42,539 bases of DNA from Hydrurus foetidus (lineage: Eukaryota). The stretch covers positions 1 to 42,539 of the forward strand of contig UYFQ01000065.1 in the NCBI GenBank assembly GCA_900617105.1. The letters run 5' to 3'. The position numbers were made by a program, and so were the translations under genes. Numbering within the stretch: the first letter of the stretch is position 1; the number at the start of each line of letters is the position of its first letter. Positions 1 to 18,244 of this stretch are shown in pieces. The notes under the pieces are model-generated. The model searched no databases. It had not been told where the DNA came from and saw only the letters and a program-made list of their open reading frames with translations.

Positions 1-1076
1 CCTAATCTTCAGTATTGATTCCAGTACATCAAACTATCAATTCAGTACACGAATCTCTCAATTCAGTAGACGGTAAATTATTTTCGCTAAAACTATTCCC
101 AAAAAAATTATATCTGGGTGGGGTGCGGGGTATGGCGCGCCATGTCGAACCCCTAGAATTTTACAGAAAATTTAAAAATTCGAACACGAAAATTTTTCTT
201 CGCACAAATTTTTCGGCACAACATTTTTTTTCCAACCGTTGCGCCTACTTCTGCGACCCAAACGATCACCCAATATGTACACCTAGAGTGTCACATACCG
301 ACCACTTTGAAGCACGATATCAAATTTCTGACAGCTCAACTTCAAAAAGCGAATCAGCAGCAACCCAAGATGTCATTCAAAGCAGCTGTTGCCGCTATCT
401 CAAAATTTGGAAATCACTAACGCTTGAGAAGTCTTGCATCTCCAAGACTCAGAAAAAAGGATCATTTCGTCGAATCCAAGCCATCCAGAAGAGATACTTT
501 GACCGCTGAAACTCTCTCTTTCTTGCATGAAAACACAGGCGGTCACTCATTTTGGCTTCAGACGATCGCGGGAAGTCAGGTCTTCCCGAACTGATTTCAT
601 AGCCAAAATGTTCGAAAAAATAATATCTGCTTATTTTGCAACCACTGTCTTCGATCATTCTGAAATTTCGTGAGAAGCTGGTATATATAGTTGTCTAAAG
701 CTAGCCAAATTTTCATGCAATAACTATAGACAGATATTTCTTTGCACTTTCTGTAAGCTCTAAAAAAAGTTGTCTTGAAATAATGAGTACTCGTGCAACT
801 TCCGAGCGAATTAACAGCTCTAAAGACTCCTACATAAATGATGCCGCTAAATTGTGTAGGTTTATCAAGGAACCCGAAATACCACAGTACAGCATGCAAT
901 CCTGAAATTATACGCATTTTGTTACGATGTCTATCTATAAATTGACATGCTTGTGAGCACCTTGAGCGCTCTGACAGTTGCTGCAAAGTGGTGGTGGCCG
1001 CTCCCTCTACTGGCTTTTCTATAGTTCAAAAGAATGCTGCGGGAGGAAGTTCAATCGCAGTCGAGAAAGTGAGATG

Positions 1077-1251
1077 ATTCCCAGAAACCCAGACCCCCAG
1101 ATTTTGGGTGGAATTTTTGAAAAATCTGGAATGGTTTAGGATCCTATTTCTGGGATCCCAGATAAATCTAGAAAGGTCTCCAGATTTCTTTTCAAATCCC
1201 AGAATCCCAGATTTTCAAATCCAAAATCTGGGGGTCTGGGTTTCTGGGAAT
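1077..1251. mobile_element. MITE-like element 1 (~175 bp, 31-bp TIRs)
   Basis: ATTCCCAGAAACCCAGACCCCCAGATTTTGG at 1077-1107 is the exact reverse complement of 1221-1251; non-coding interior. Confidence 0.75.
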
Positions 1252-1265
1252 AAACGTTGTCACCC

Positions 1266-1901
1266 ATTGTTGAGGTCAAAACAAAACGCCAAATCCGTGA
1301 TTCCAGTGCCCGGCAATAATCAGGCCACGGACAATAATCAGGCCACTCGGTTTTTTCGTGATATTTCAGTCAATATCGATCGGAGCAGTATTCTGAGAAC
1401 GGATTCAAAAATTTCTTTTTCTTGTTGCTGCCAAAAGTGCAGTTAATTAACTCCCTATATCTATTTTGGATCGTTTTCACCTTTACAGGGGAAAATTACG
1501 CGTTTTTCTTCTTTATTTGGTATTAAATATGAAAATTGATACAAATGTCCACAAAATATTTTCGGAATAGCATAATGTGTAACATTGCATAAGATTTCAG
1601 AATCCGTTCTCAGAATACTGCTCCGATCGATATTGACTGAAATATCACGAAAAAACCGAGTGGCCTGATTTTTGCCGTGGACTGAATATTGCCGGGTACT
1701 GGGATTCTCTCAAAAGAAATTTTCTCTCTCAAAAGATTTTTCGTCCCCAAAAGGTAATTTTTTGCTGTGTGGTGGTGTTTTTTTGAGTGGGAATGTTCCC
1801 AGACAGCCAAAAAGGTACCTTTGGGGACGAAAATCTTTTGAGAGAGAAATTTTTTTTGAGAGAATTTCACAGATTTTGCGTTTTGTTTTGACCTCAACAA
1901 T
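1266..1901. mobile_element. MITE/foldback-like element 2 with ~140-bp imperfect TIRs
   Basis: 1266-~1406 (ATTGTTGAGGTCAAAACAAAACG...CTGAGAACGGATTC) matches the reverse complement of ~1600-1703 plus 1866-1901; AT-rich spacer; right arm interrupted by element 3. Confidence 0.75.
1704..1865. mobile_element. MITE-like element 3 nested in the right TIR of element 2
   Basis: ~50-bp imperfect inverted arms ATTCTCTCAAAAG...CCCCAAAAGGTA / TACCTTTGGGGACG...TTTTGAGAGAAT; absent from the left arm of element 2. Confidence 0.7.
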
Positions 1902-1911
1902 ACGTCCTCTG

Positions 1912-1942
1912 GGCGGCGCAGTGTTGTCTAGAATAAGCACGT
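1912..1942 (+). repeat. Left TIR of Zator-like transposon
   Basis: GGCGGCGCAGTGTTGTCTAGAATAAGCACGT. Confidence 0.95.
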
Positions 1943-2070
1943 CATGTCCAAAAACGGCCTAGGGGGGGGGGGGTCAAACACAAAACTTATTACATTTTAC
2001 AAAACTTATCATTGAAGTCAAATTCTACGACTTAATCGTTTAGAAGTGATACGTTATGCTTGATTTTATG

Positions 2071-7533
<5,463 letters not shown>

Positions 7534-7674
7534 TGATGAAGAGTCTCGAGGAAAACGGTCGAGGATGCAACCTGACGATGCTGTGGAGCTCTAATTAGCT
7601 TGTGAGGAGTAGTTGCGATGAAGTTTTGTATCACGTCAAAAGTTTTGTGGTTTCGAGGTGGAGGGGGGGGGGTT

Positions 7675-7705
7675 ACGTGCTTATTCTAGACAACACTGCG
7701 CCGCC
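7675..7705 (-). repeat. Right TIR of Zator-like transposon
   Basis: ACGTGCTTATTCTAGACAACACTGCGCCGCC, exact reverse complement of 1912-1942. Confidence 0.95.
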
Positions 7706-7898
7706 CTGCCCCCAAATCCGTTTGATTCAAGATTCAAGCCGTTTGAAGAAATTTATTTTGGAATTGGAATGCTTTTCTGAAGGCCATCACCACGACGGCA
7801 GGTTTGCCCAGTTCCTAAACCACTCAACAATATACCAGTGTAACGACATCGCGCGAAATCGACCAGGACCCCGTACAACTTTTCTGAAAAAATCAGTA

Positions 7899-8649
7899 AT
7901 GTCCGAGGAAAAAATCGTAGCTTATCACCCCAATAGATCTAGAATTAGCGACAATACACTCGGAAAGTTCATTCGCTCTGAAATCTCAGGAGATTTGCTT
8001 GAGGTGGGATAAAACTGCGCAAAAAAGCCATCTATTATGCCATTCAATCAGGCTTATTTATTTCAGGTGCCGGGAGTTGGTGTTGCGAGTGTAGATGCTC
8101 TTAAAAAGGCAGATATCACTACAACTCACCAGCTATTAGGTAATATTTTCCTTGTCACATTTACTTCAGTTCCGCACGAACAGATTCAGGTTTCATTTTT
8201 TTCTTCTGTGGATATTTAACAGAAAATACTTCCCTTGATTACAGGAAAATACCTCAGTCTTAAGGGTGAAGGTGTCCAACCAGTAGAACTGGCTGATCGC
8301 TTCTTCTACTGGCTTAATAGCATCGGCACAGCACCAGGTGATAAGCACTTCTTTTTTTTAATGAAAGAACATGAGTTGCATATTGCCTTTGATGATGTTT
8401 TGAGGTGCTTTTTACGATGAAAACTTCTTTTAATCGATTTTATATCACTCCTTCTGTGATATACTCCTTCTGTGATATAAAAAAATCGGAATGCTAACAT
8501 CATTCCCCTCTATCCACGGCCTTGCCTACTCGAAAGGATCTCGCTCTGGCGTGGTACTCGCGGTTGCTGAGAAGTTGAATCTTTCCTTCAATGGCATTTA
8601 CGACGCTACTGCATATGATGAAGAAGAGGAACACGAACAAGATGCTTGA
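7899..8649 (+). CDS. BAF-like (barrier-to-autointegration factor fold / helix-hairpin-helix) small protein, 127 aa, 4 exons
   Basis: Exons 7899-8003, 8067-8139, 8245-8337, 8537-8649 splice in frame at GT-AG sites; DLLEVPGVGVASVDALKKADITTTHQLLGKYLSLK...FFYWL resembles BAF LAGIG...VLGQFLVLK...FREWL. Confidence 0.75.
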
Positions 8650-9506
8650 ATATGAACCGTGTCCAACAACTTCTCCACCCCGAAATTCGACCAATTAGCG
8701 ATTGTTCTCGAGATCAATCATCACGGTCCTGAATTGCGGCAGAATCTTTACTCCTCCCGCGTTACTTCAACTTTATTGTAAATTGTAAATTCCACTGCTG
8801 TACCTTCGGAGATCCACTTATTCTTCATATAACCCGTTGGATCAAGGAGAGTGGAAATTGTGTCCTGTCTTTTCCCCATAGATACGACCGACCATCTATG
8901 ATGTTTTTACTCTCGCATGTTTTAAGTAAGATCAAGCAAGCACTGCATGAGATCGTGCTCGTCTATGGAGTGCACACTTCCATCAAATCGCATCAATGAA
9001 ACCAATTATAAGCAGTCTTTGTTTCGAAAGCTTTCTGGTCCCTACATTGTCCTTCATCTACATTTTACGCCATCTCCTGAATACCCTATCCGAGAGAACG
9101 AGTCGAGTGTAGCATCGGATGTTATGAAGAGTTGATCAACAAGTCCTTCTGCAGGACGCGCAACACTTCTTTTCCCATCAACATGATTAAATTACATTGA
9201 GCTGTTTGCCGAGACTAGATTAGACGCTTTTTACATAAACATGATTAAAGAGACTGGATTAGAGTTTGAATGTCGCAAGTGCTCTACACACAGGTAATTG
9301 AGAGATGTAATTGCGGGACGCACACATCGTACCGTACGTGCGTCCCACTGATGAGTGATGAGTGAGAGGACACATCGCTTCAAAACCGATTTTTGACTTC
9401 TTCGCGAGTTATTACAGATAGCAGTAATAAAAGTACTGCTGCAGATTGAGCATTCCGCTTCGAGACGACTCACAAGTATTTTTTGCTGCTCTCCAATTTA
9501 GGTTCA

Positions 9507-10085
9507 ATGAAATACACCGATTTCACATTCACCGTCATTCCTCCTGAGGAGGCTTTCCTCTCCAGCGAGCTTTGGACGGCGAGTAAAGTTATTGGGAGAG
9601 AGTGTGCCGAAATGAATGCCGCCTACTTAAAATGTAAAGTCGAAAAGGTACGTCCAGCTACCGAAAAGCGGCAATGATTCACGGAGAGATATTTGCAGGA
9701 GCATCCAAGTAATAATTAGTTCATGAAGGCGATTCCCCTTTATTTTGCTCTTTTTATTGCGAAGGGTGAGGAAGCGAAGGCTTGTAAGCCAGAAGCCCGT
9801 TTGGTTCGATCATGCGTCGTAGATGTGTAAGTTATTGCTGGCCTTGCTCTAATCGCGATCCTCATGAGGAACAGCATGCCTTGTGTATTATTCTGAAATC
9901 ATCTATGTCCTCACTACCTCAGGGTTGGGATCTTGAAAGTGAAGTTTGCTGATGAGTTTACAGCTTTTCAGAAATGCCTTGACTACAACGACTATCGTTT
10001 CAATGATTGTCAGTCGACGAAAGAGGCATTGCATAACTGCTGGAATAATCACATGGGGTATGGAGTGAAAGAGCAAGAAGGTTGA
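9507..10085 (+). CDS. NDUFA8: NADH:ubiquinone oxidoreductase subunit NDUFA8 (PGIV)-like CX9C protein, 121 aa, 3 exons
   Basis: Exons 9507-9647, 9765-9826, 9923-10085; LWTASKVIGRECAEMNAAYLKC...CKPEARLVRSC...FQKCLDYNDYRFNDCQSTKEALHNC CX9C pattern. Confidence 0.85.
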
Positions 10086-10869
10086 AAGACGCCTTCAACG
10101 TCATCGTGCTCTGCTTTACTACGAAATCCACTTCCCATTAGAGAAATATTCTGCAGTCAATGTTGTCACTGGTGCTGTCTAGTTGCAGATCATGATTTGA
10201 ATTGCTAGAGTTTTTCAGGCAAGGCGTTCGTAACGTTTCAGAAAACAGCTTTTGTGCAGGAAGGCGTCATGTCATGTTGAAGTCAGTTGTTCGCTTCGGC
10301 TGTAATCCAAATCAAAGTAACATGGAATACTGCACCTTCGGAATTAATTCTTTCCTGATTCGACTCATTTCAAGTAAAATGTGAGAAGGTCTGGCCGAAT
10401 GTAATATTTCGTTAAGTTAAAATGCATGCTCGGCAGTGGTGCAGGATGTGCTGCGCTTCGATGTGATGACTCTCAAGAGAAAAGAATAATGTTAAACTGA
10501 TGAATAGTGAATGGAAGGTAACGTGTAGTCTACGATGAAAACGAAGAAAGTCGCGATAAAAATCTACTTGTAGCTTTCCCTTCCCTTAAGTGATAATACT
10601 TGTGATGATGGTGACGTGCTAGTGACGTCAGCGTAGAGGAGAGGTCCGCCAAACTGAATGAAATTAAATTGATCTTGGAGGACAGGGTGGGATAAGTCCG
10701 TTGCAGGCAGGCATCAACCGATGCGACATACTTGTGTCGTGCGATAGAGTCATCCCTTCCAGCCAGGCGGCTGGTCGAGATCGACACCACATCATCCAGG
10801 AATATTTCTGTCTGTACTGCATGTATGTGTGCGTACAAGTGCATTAATCTGTGTTATCCGCATCGCCCA

Positions 10870-13800
10870 TTAGAAGTTGTTCGGCGTGAAGGATCGGAAG
10901 CCCAATAGCGATAGCAGCTTGGCAGTGAGAAGGAAGGAAGCGGTGATGGAGCTCTCCAGCAGATCTCCGACGGGCTGCCTCTTGTACACCTCGGCTGCAC
11001 GGACAGGATCAGCGTACGGACCAACCAGTCTGAACAGTGTGCATGCATGGGATGGAGATTGTTACATTGGCTCAATGTGTCGGTAACTTCATCGAATTTC
11101 CTAGCATCCCTGTGCATGTACCGTGCTGTTCCGCACGTACCTGTACTGATGCATGGTGAAGGGTCCGAACATGATCTTCACCCATATGGAGGGCTTCTTG
11201 AAAAACAGCTCCGTTAGAGGCGGGTTGCAGCCGATGCGACTAGCGAGCATGTCGCAGTAAATCTGGAAATCTACCAACCCTGTTGTAGGGTATAGATAGA
11301 ATAGGTTGAGTCATGTGAGACTGAAGCTAGTTGATAAAGCTGTAGGCTAGGAGTGGATTGAATTGCATGTTACGCAAGGGAGGGATGATCGCAGGAGTGA
11401 GAGAGGGAGAGAAGGATGGTACACCTTTGACTCTCAAGGCGTCACTCTTGAACCGTGACGTCCACTCGGCCATATCCTCCTCAGCTGTTTTTATCATTTC
11501 TTCCCTGGAGGGCAAGATGCGTTCCTGTGAAAGAAGTGCATCAAATTGGATGAGGCGTCATGAGGTACAACAAATTTTGCAGTTTCGAGATGGTGGAATC
11601 ACAAAACGGTGAGAGCGGTGCGATGTAATGTGCCTCCATACGATACATCTAGATAAAAGCGCTGATAAGGAGCTTCATTTTCTTTCTCCTTCTCTCTCAT
11701 CTTGATGGTGTGTATGTGCGGATAACGAGTTGTGTTCATGCGGTCACTGTCACGTCACTGTACTGCACTCTCACCCCGTTAATGACTAGGGAGTAGTAGC
11801 GGGACTGCATCTCCACTGTGGGGGGGATGGACCCGAAGGCGGGACGGGCGAACCCGAAGAAACAAACCTCTCCGGGGTGATCGATGGAAAATATCTGATT
11901 GGGTTAAAGCACAGAACATGATATTAAATAGTTAAGTGAACAGATTGACACACAGATTAACAGGCAGAAAGGCAGGCAGATTTTGATGAAAAATTAAATT
12001 GATCAGTGAGTGTAATTAGTTCTCTTCTCAAATATGTTGAATCTATTTTATCTCCAGGATGAAGATGGTGTACTGTTAGCCATTAGCCGTACAGTGCTGT
12101 ATCCCTCCACTTCACCTGCTTGAAGTTCGTTCTCGGGTTCATGCCCGCGAAGCACAGCTCGGGGTGATGCTCTTCAAAGAAAGGAAAGGCGTTGCGATAT
12201 CCTGGGGAATGGTGGCGAGTTAGAGGGGGCAGTCATTGGAGGAAGGTGTTGCAGTTGGGGCAAAGGGCAGAGCTGCGCATGCTGGTCATCAGTTAGAGAG
12301 ATGGTGCAGGCGCTCACCTGTGCAGGCGACAATGGCATCGCATGCGAATTCCGATCCATCTGCGAACACGACTTTGTCCTGGAAGATCTAAACAGAGTCG
12401 TACGTACAATCGGTTGCAGTGCGTGATGTTTCATATAATTGCGAAGCAGCTTGGTTTTGCGTTTACGAACGAGTGGATTCTAGCCAGCTCTCACCTCGAA
12501 GTTATCCCTGTGCAGCTCAGCGCCTCTGAGGACCATCGCGGTGACGAAGCTGACGCACACAGAAATAAAAACAGATCGAAGAAGAGAGGTTCTTAAATTG
12601 AATAGAGGTAGGGAGGGAGTTGCGGTGAGAGAAGACGATGACAGTTTCAGTTGTGGACATGGAGGCTGCTTCTGTCAGAAGACACAGCATCGCGTTGATA
12701 AAGGAGAGGAAAGAGACTCACTCACCCCTCGTTTTTGCAGCCAAACTTGGAGAACGCGGAAGTGCCCTGTTTGAGGTTGAGCTCTCCAATCTTCTGCAGC
12801 ACCTTAGACATCTCATTCTTGGGGCCCATTGATGCGGCGAATCTGAGTCAGCCCAGTGAAATGCGTTCGAGTGGTGGGTGTCAGTCAAGTGGGTAGTGGC
12901 AGGGGTGACCCATGGAATGTCTGTAGGAAGGAAGGGAGAGGCTTTGGCGGTCACCTTTTTGCCTTCTGATTGCAGTAACCTATGTAGTCCCCGAATATGT
13001 ACGGGTTGGAGTACCGCACTCTATTTGTGTTTAGATCAGTCACTCGGCCGTTGCCTGTATAGCATTGAAGATTTGAAAGCTCTATTAGAAGATTTACTAT
13101 ATGAGGCTGGAATATCTTCAAGTAAAGAGAATCAAATGATTGATTCTTGGACACACCCACATGTTTGTGTAGGCAAAACAATATATATCATTCCCCGATG
13201 TGGTCACCTTGGATTCGCGGAATAAGGTGGCCGTGTAGGCCTCTCACCGCTATCGCACATTTCGAAGCAACCTTCGAGATCTCATTTGTGATGTCCGATC
13301 CAGATTCACCAGCACCAATTATGAGCACACGCTTGCCCGCGAAACGGTCTGGGCAGCGATAATGCTGAGAATGCACCAGTTCACCTGCGAGAGAGTTTCA
13401 AGTGAAAAAGGTGCTAATGACGAATGGCTTCGTACAGGCTGTGACCTTTAAATCGATCTTGACCAGGAAAGCTGAGATTCGCAGCGAATGTATTAGTGCC
13501 TGTACAGATCGCAATGCCATCGAAAGCGAGTGTGTATGGTTCCGCTCGAGAGTCCTCAGGAGTTTTTTCACATCTTTCGACCTCAGTGCATCCCCTACCG
13601 CCTTGCGCTGTCACCATCCATTTACCCGTGACACCACACTTCTTCACCGTCAGGACGTTATGAGAGAAGCGAATGTTCTTCAAAAGGTCAAATTTCTTTG
13701 CGAAGTTGTTCATGTACTCTATATATTCCTCAGCTGTCCAGAATTTGGGTTGATCCTCTTTACCATCACTGTAGTCCGACCATGCTGTCAACAAGCTACT

Positions 13801-14016
13801 TGTGGTGAGTATAGCGTTTTGGTAGCACTTGACATAGACACCTCCTATGGCTGGAAGGCTCTCGAAGCAAGTGACTTTGTGGCCGAGTTTCGTAAGTTCT
13901 TTCATAACGACTAGACCAGATGATCCCGCGCCAATAACGCATATGTTCTTCTTTCCCGGTGCATCGGGTAAAAATTGCGGGTCAACTTGCGGTGTCGAGC
14001 TCAGTTGGTTGCCCAT
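10870..14016 (-). CDS. Flavin-containing monooxygenase (FMO family), about 11 exons
   Basis: FAD motif ICVIGAGSSG; FMO fingerprint FKG|ELVHSQHY; NADPH motif VLIIGAGESGSD; DAIVACTG|Y; FFGFARPAFGSIPPTVEMQSR; last exon ends FTPNNF-TAA at 10870. Confidence 0.93.
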
Positions 14017-15467
14017 CTTTCGTTTCCTGATGCTGCTCCGTGAGTTTTGGCAGAGAGGGAGGGTTCAACTTCACAGGCGACTCTATACTCAGTGATGTTA
14101 TACTGACTGTACAAAAGCAAGAAGAAGTTCTCAGAGGGCGTGTGTCTTCAGAAGTGTATCGACGCCGCTGACCGGAACGAAATTTTCGTAACGGTCAGCG
14201 GCTTAGGACTTTGAGTCTGCACATGTTCTGATTGAATGGAGTCCGCACATATTTACCACACGCACGCATCACCATATTATAGTCATCTAAACATGTGATG
14301 TGCTGTACGTGCCGATGAGGAAATATGAATCATTCTCACTTCGTTGACTGAAGGCCACCGGAATTATTTATGTGGGTCTTAGCTAAGCTGTCCATGTTAG
14401 TTCTCTCTGGATTCGACGTACAATCGTACGTTTAATGCCACTGTTTGTGGCACCTGGTTGAATCACCTGGATTGGGTACGGCACCGTACATCTTTTCCAC
14501 TATTGCCAGTGGTTCTACCTACCTCTGCAGAATCATAGGAGACATTGAGGACGTCACATGGTTTGATCTGAGCCCGTTGTGTTAGTCATGTGAGGGGAGG
14601 GAGGGGGCACACTCATGAAATGGACGCACGAGACAATCAACGACGAGCTATCGCATTTAAATCTCACCGAGCCGGACAGCGCCTGTACGGCAGATATGGA
14701 AGCATGATAGTATGACTTTCGTGATAAATAGTTATTCATCCCTACTTCCATGATATGTCCAGCCGTTCGCAGGTGGAAGAAAAAATAAATATGAATTTGA
14801 GAACAGGATTCGAAAGGCATCTTTACGCATCGAGATAAAAGGAGGAATCATATTATGAAGGAGTTGTGGAGGGTCGTAGGCTATGAGAGTTGAATATTGC
14901 TTCTTCTTCATGCTGAATAAGGGTTAGTTCGATCAGATTAGATGAGGGCTGGAATGCTCTCGCTCATCCAGTGGACACGAAGACACGCATGCAGACCATC
15001 CTGATTGACTTGAATACGACACAAAGTGTATGTGGGGTGTTGATCATTATCGCTGCTAACTATTTTGCAGCTCGGCAGGCAGGCAAGGGGAAAAGTGGAG
15101 CGAAGAAAATGTCGCAAATAAAAGCAAATGAAAGAATAAATAAATAAGTTGCTCTGTTCTGTAATACACTGCACTGTAAAAGACACGACGCGACTGATCA
15201 AGATCAGTGCAGACAGCAGCTGTTTTTCACTTTCGTCCTTCTGAAGCTACTGCCTGTCTGTCTGCCTGCCTGTTCCCTCTCAGAGTGAGTATCGCTCATA
15301 TGCTATCTGTGCCCTAGCAGATCCTGCGCAGGTAGACTGATAGATGGACTGATGGATGGATAGATCGGCTCGGTGGGTGGGATCCGAGTGAATCTCCCTT
15401 ATTCCTAGGGAACTTTAAAAGCAAAGCAAGCCCTCTTCTGCAATAAGGACAAGGACTCGAGGTGTGT

Positions 15468-16927
15468 TCAGTAAGTCTGATCATCAAGTATGTAGCTCAG
15501 CTGGGGGCTAGTAGGGGTGATGTAGTTGATGAAGTGCGTGGTGGAATTGTACGTCTCGAACCACTGCAACAGCTGCTTGGCAATCATCTTAGCAAGCAGT
15601 TGAGTGCCCCTCTCGTTGGTGTGCTCCCCGTCTTTCGTGACGTAGCCTGAGTACCAAAGTCGCCACCATGGCACCGCCTTCTTCAGTTCTCCTCGTATGT
15701 CCAAGTAGGGCACTTCATACTTCCTGGCGATCTCGCGTGCTATTTGGCAGTAGTCGTCGAGCATGCCTAAAGTCGATGGCGTCACGGAGATAAACAATTG
15801 TATCTTTCTGAAGGGTGCATCGGTTACAAACTCGCGACATGACATCATCGTATCATGTCATATTGCATCGTGTCATACATCACATCATATCATCGTGATG
15901 CAGAGACTGCAGCATGTTGCACGGGAGTGGCAAGATGGAGATGGCTCACCTTCTTTGTTGACGAATCTCTCTGGGTTCGGAATCTGGAAGAGAGGACCCT
16001 CTCCGAGCAGACCCGGACCTACAGAATGGAGCAACATTGCATTAGAAAATAATGGCAGGTAAAAGTGTGTGAACTTGCTTCTCTCTTCCGAGGAGGGGAG
16101 GGGTTTACGATTTGACTAACAGTGAAGAGAACTAGCATTCCTGCACTGCCTGTGGATCTCTCAGACATGTATGACAAAGTGATTTCATGCATCAGTCCAC
16201 ACTGCTAACCGCGTTGTTCTATTCGATTGATCGAACGTTGCAAACAATTAAAGCCAGTTACATTCAGGTGATTTCCTTGGTCACCTGATATTGCCAATTT
16301 TGCCTTCGTGGCGAGTATGCTTTCGACAATTGAAGTATAATTTGCTCTGTACGCAGTACGCACTCGATACTTCTGGGGCAATGAGAGAACGTCCTCATTT
16401 GAGTTACTGAGATCACTGTCAGAGTAAAGAATTACTACATCGGGCTTTTCTGCTTTCAGTATTTTGTCGATTCGGGACCTCAAAACGAACATCCTCACTC
16501 CCAGCTTCCCACTGACTGCCACGGTCATGTAGTATTGAGGTAAAAGTTGACCGATCTTCGCAACCAGTGCCGTCTTCCTGGAGGGTAAGCCGAGCACCGA
16601 GTCACCTATTTATGAAGTTGTGGCGTGCATTCGTCATTAACATGATGCAGGAAACATAGATGAAAAAACCATTAAAGAGAACTGACCAACGAGCAGAACT
16701 CTGATAACACCAGTAGTTTTTGAAGGTGATGTCGTCAGAGCGAGAGCTGGTCGACGACTGCATCTGATGGGCACGATCGCGAAAGTGAAAAATACTAGGA
16801 TTGGGATAGCGACGAAGAGAATGAACGCGGCAATGACTTTCTTGCATAGATTAGTAGTGCCGCAGAGTGTTCGGACTGTCTTAAAGTCTTCGCTTCGCGG
16901 TGGTGGATAAATTTCCTCTAAAGTCAT
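15468..16927 (-). CDS. SGNH/GDSL hydrolase with N-terminal transmembrane anchor, 4 exons
   Basis: Exons 16927-16687, 16605-16285, 16018-15950, 15766-15468; VLLVG|DSV (block I), KPDVVILYSDSD, TKDGEHTNERG (DxxH); hydrophobic segment VIAAFILFVAIPILVFFTFAIV. The start may lie in a further upstream exon. Confidence 0.85.
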
Positions 16928-17225
16928 CACTGGACCGGCTGGACCACCACCAAAGCGACAGTCAGTTTCAGTGATAGGAATACTACTGATGCACAGTGGT
17001 TGTAGAATGTTGATCTCGCATCATTATCCAGCAAGCATCCCTACTTCAACGCCCACATGAGAAATAGCTTGCAGTAGACAGCTTCTGAATTGAGGCTGTG
17101 TCAATTTTGTCAACATTAGAGATTAGATTGGTTGCGATTTTCGTTATTTGACCTTTTTACTTTTTGAATATTCAACTTTTCAAGGCGTATTCCCAACCGA
17201 TTTCTGAAGAAAGCGTGGAACGTGG

Positions 17226-17591
17226 TGTCGTGATCCACGCTCTAGTTCCCGTGAATGGGCAACTAAATCCTTCCTGGGTCCGCTCTCCTTCTGCAACTTC
17301 AACCTAGCTTCTGATCACTTTCCCGGGCTCAAGGCGAAAGTGGGTTTGGTTTGGAGTTTAAAGTAATTAACAATGCAACGTAGCTTACATCGTTCGTGGA
17401 GACAGTCGAGAAATTCGATCTGTCCCGCACAGTCAAACATGGTGTACTTTCATTTTTAATGTTCCTGGATGTGGAAAAAGAACTTGGACCGGTGGAGTAG
17501 CGACCTCCACGTGGCACACGACGTACGAAACGTCATTAAATGTACATACGTAATAACTTATACGGTTACTTATCACACAGTTATTCCGACA
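17226..17591 (-). repeat. 3' LTR of Copia-1
   Basis: TGTCG...CGACA termini; no difference from 23230-23595 seen by eye. Confidence 0.97.
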
Positions 17592-17600
17592 CACCCCTAT
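17592..17600 (-). other. Polypurine tract of Copia-1
   Basis: ATAGGGGTG on the minus strand abutting the 3' LTR. Confidence 0.7.
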
Positions 17601-18244
17601 GGCGTGAGTCGTCGGGTTGGTGTATGTGGATATGAAAACGCAGTAGTTCAAAAATACTCCGTTTACATGGAGTTGCACAGGTGGTGTATCATAACATGAT
17701 TTTGTAGGGTAGGGAAGTAGGGTAATGGTGAGGTTGGTGTTAGTTGTGACGTTAGATAATTTATTACACACAGGGTAATGTTAGTATCATAAGGTCCGAC
17801 TGATCCTCATGAGAGTAGAATTAAAAACGCGCTAAAAGATTTTTTAGTAACACACATAAGAATGCAATGAAGGCAATTTCCTAACTGGGTAAATCGCTGC
17901 ACTCCGCACTTCTTTCTTGGGTCTGGTCCACGCTCCTCGCTCGTCGTGTCTCTGTCGGGGTTTTCTTGGGGTCTTGAGTGTTCGGGTCTTGGTTTCGATT
18001 CTCACTTGACGGGGCAGTAGGAAAATGACGGAGGGGGGTAGGAGGAACAGATGGAGTCTTGGGGTCTTTGTCGTGATGCGCACTGATGGGGTAGTAGGAA
18101 TTGATGGAGGTGGGCAGCAGTAATGACGGAGTCTTGAGGTCTTCTGAATCAGTCTTCGGCTAAAGCGGACAGCGGTGGTTTAGTAGGGTATGATGGAGGG
18201 GGGCAGTAGGGAGTGATGTAGTCTTGGTGTCTTCGTCGCTAGCA

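Noticed and set aside
15..986. ORFs 15-509, 449-658 and 597-986
   Set aside because: No recognisable motifs or convincing exon structure.
8446..8478. Short tandem duplication ACTCCTTCTGTGATAT in a BAF-like intron
   Set aside because: Two copies only; ordinary slippage, not a CRISPR-like or functional array.
8500..8694. Minus-strand ORF that looked like an inverted last exon of the BAF-like gene
   Set aside because: The true last exon is on the plus strand (8537-8649) with a branch point and acceptor.
8700..9480. Short ORFs between the BAF-like gene and NDUFA8
   Set aside because: No motifs or splice support; likely intergenic or UTR.
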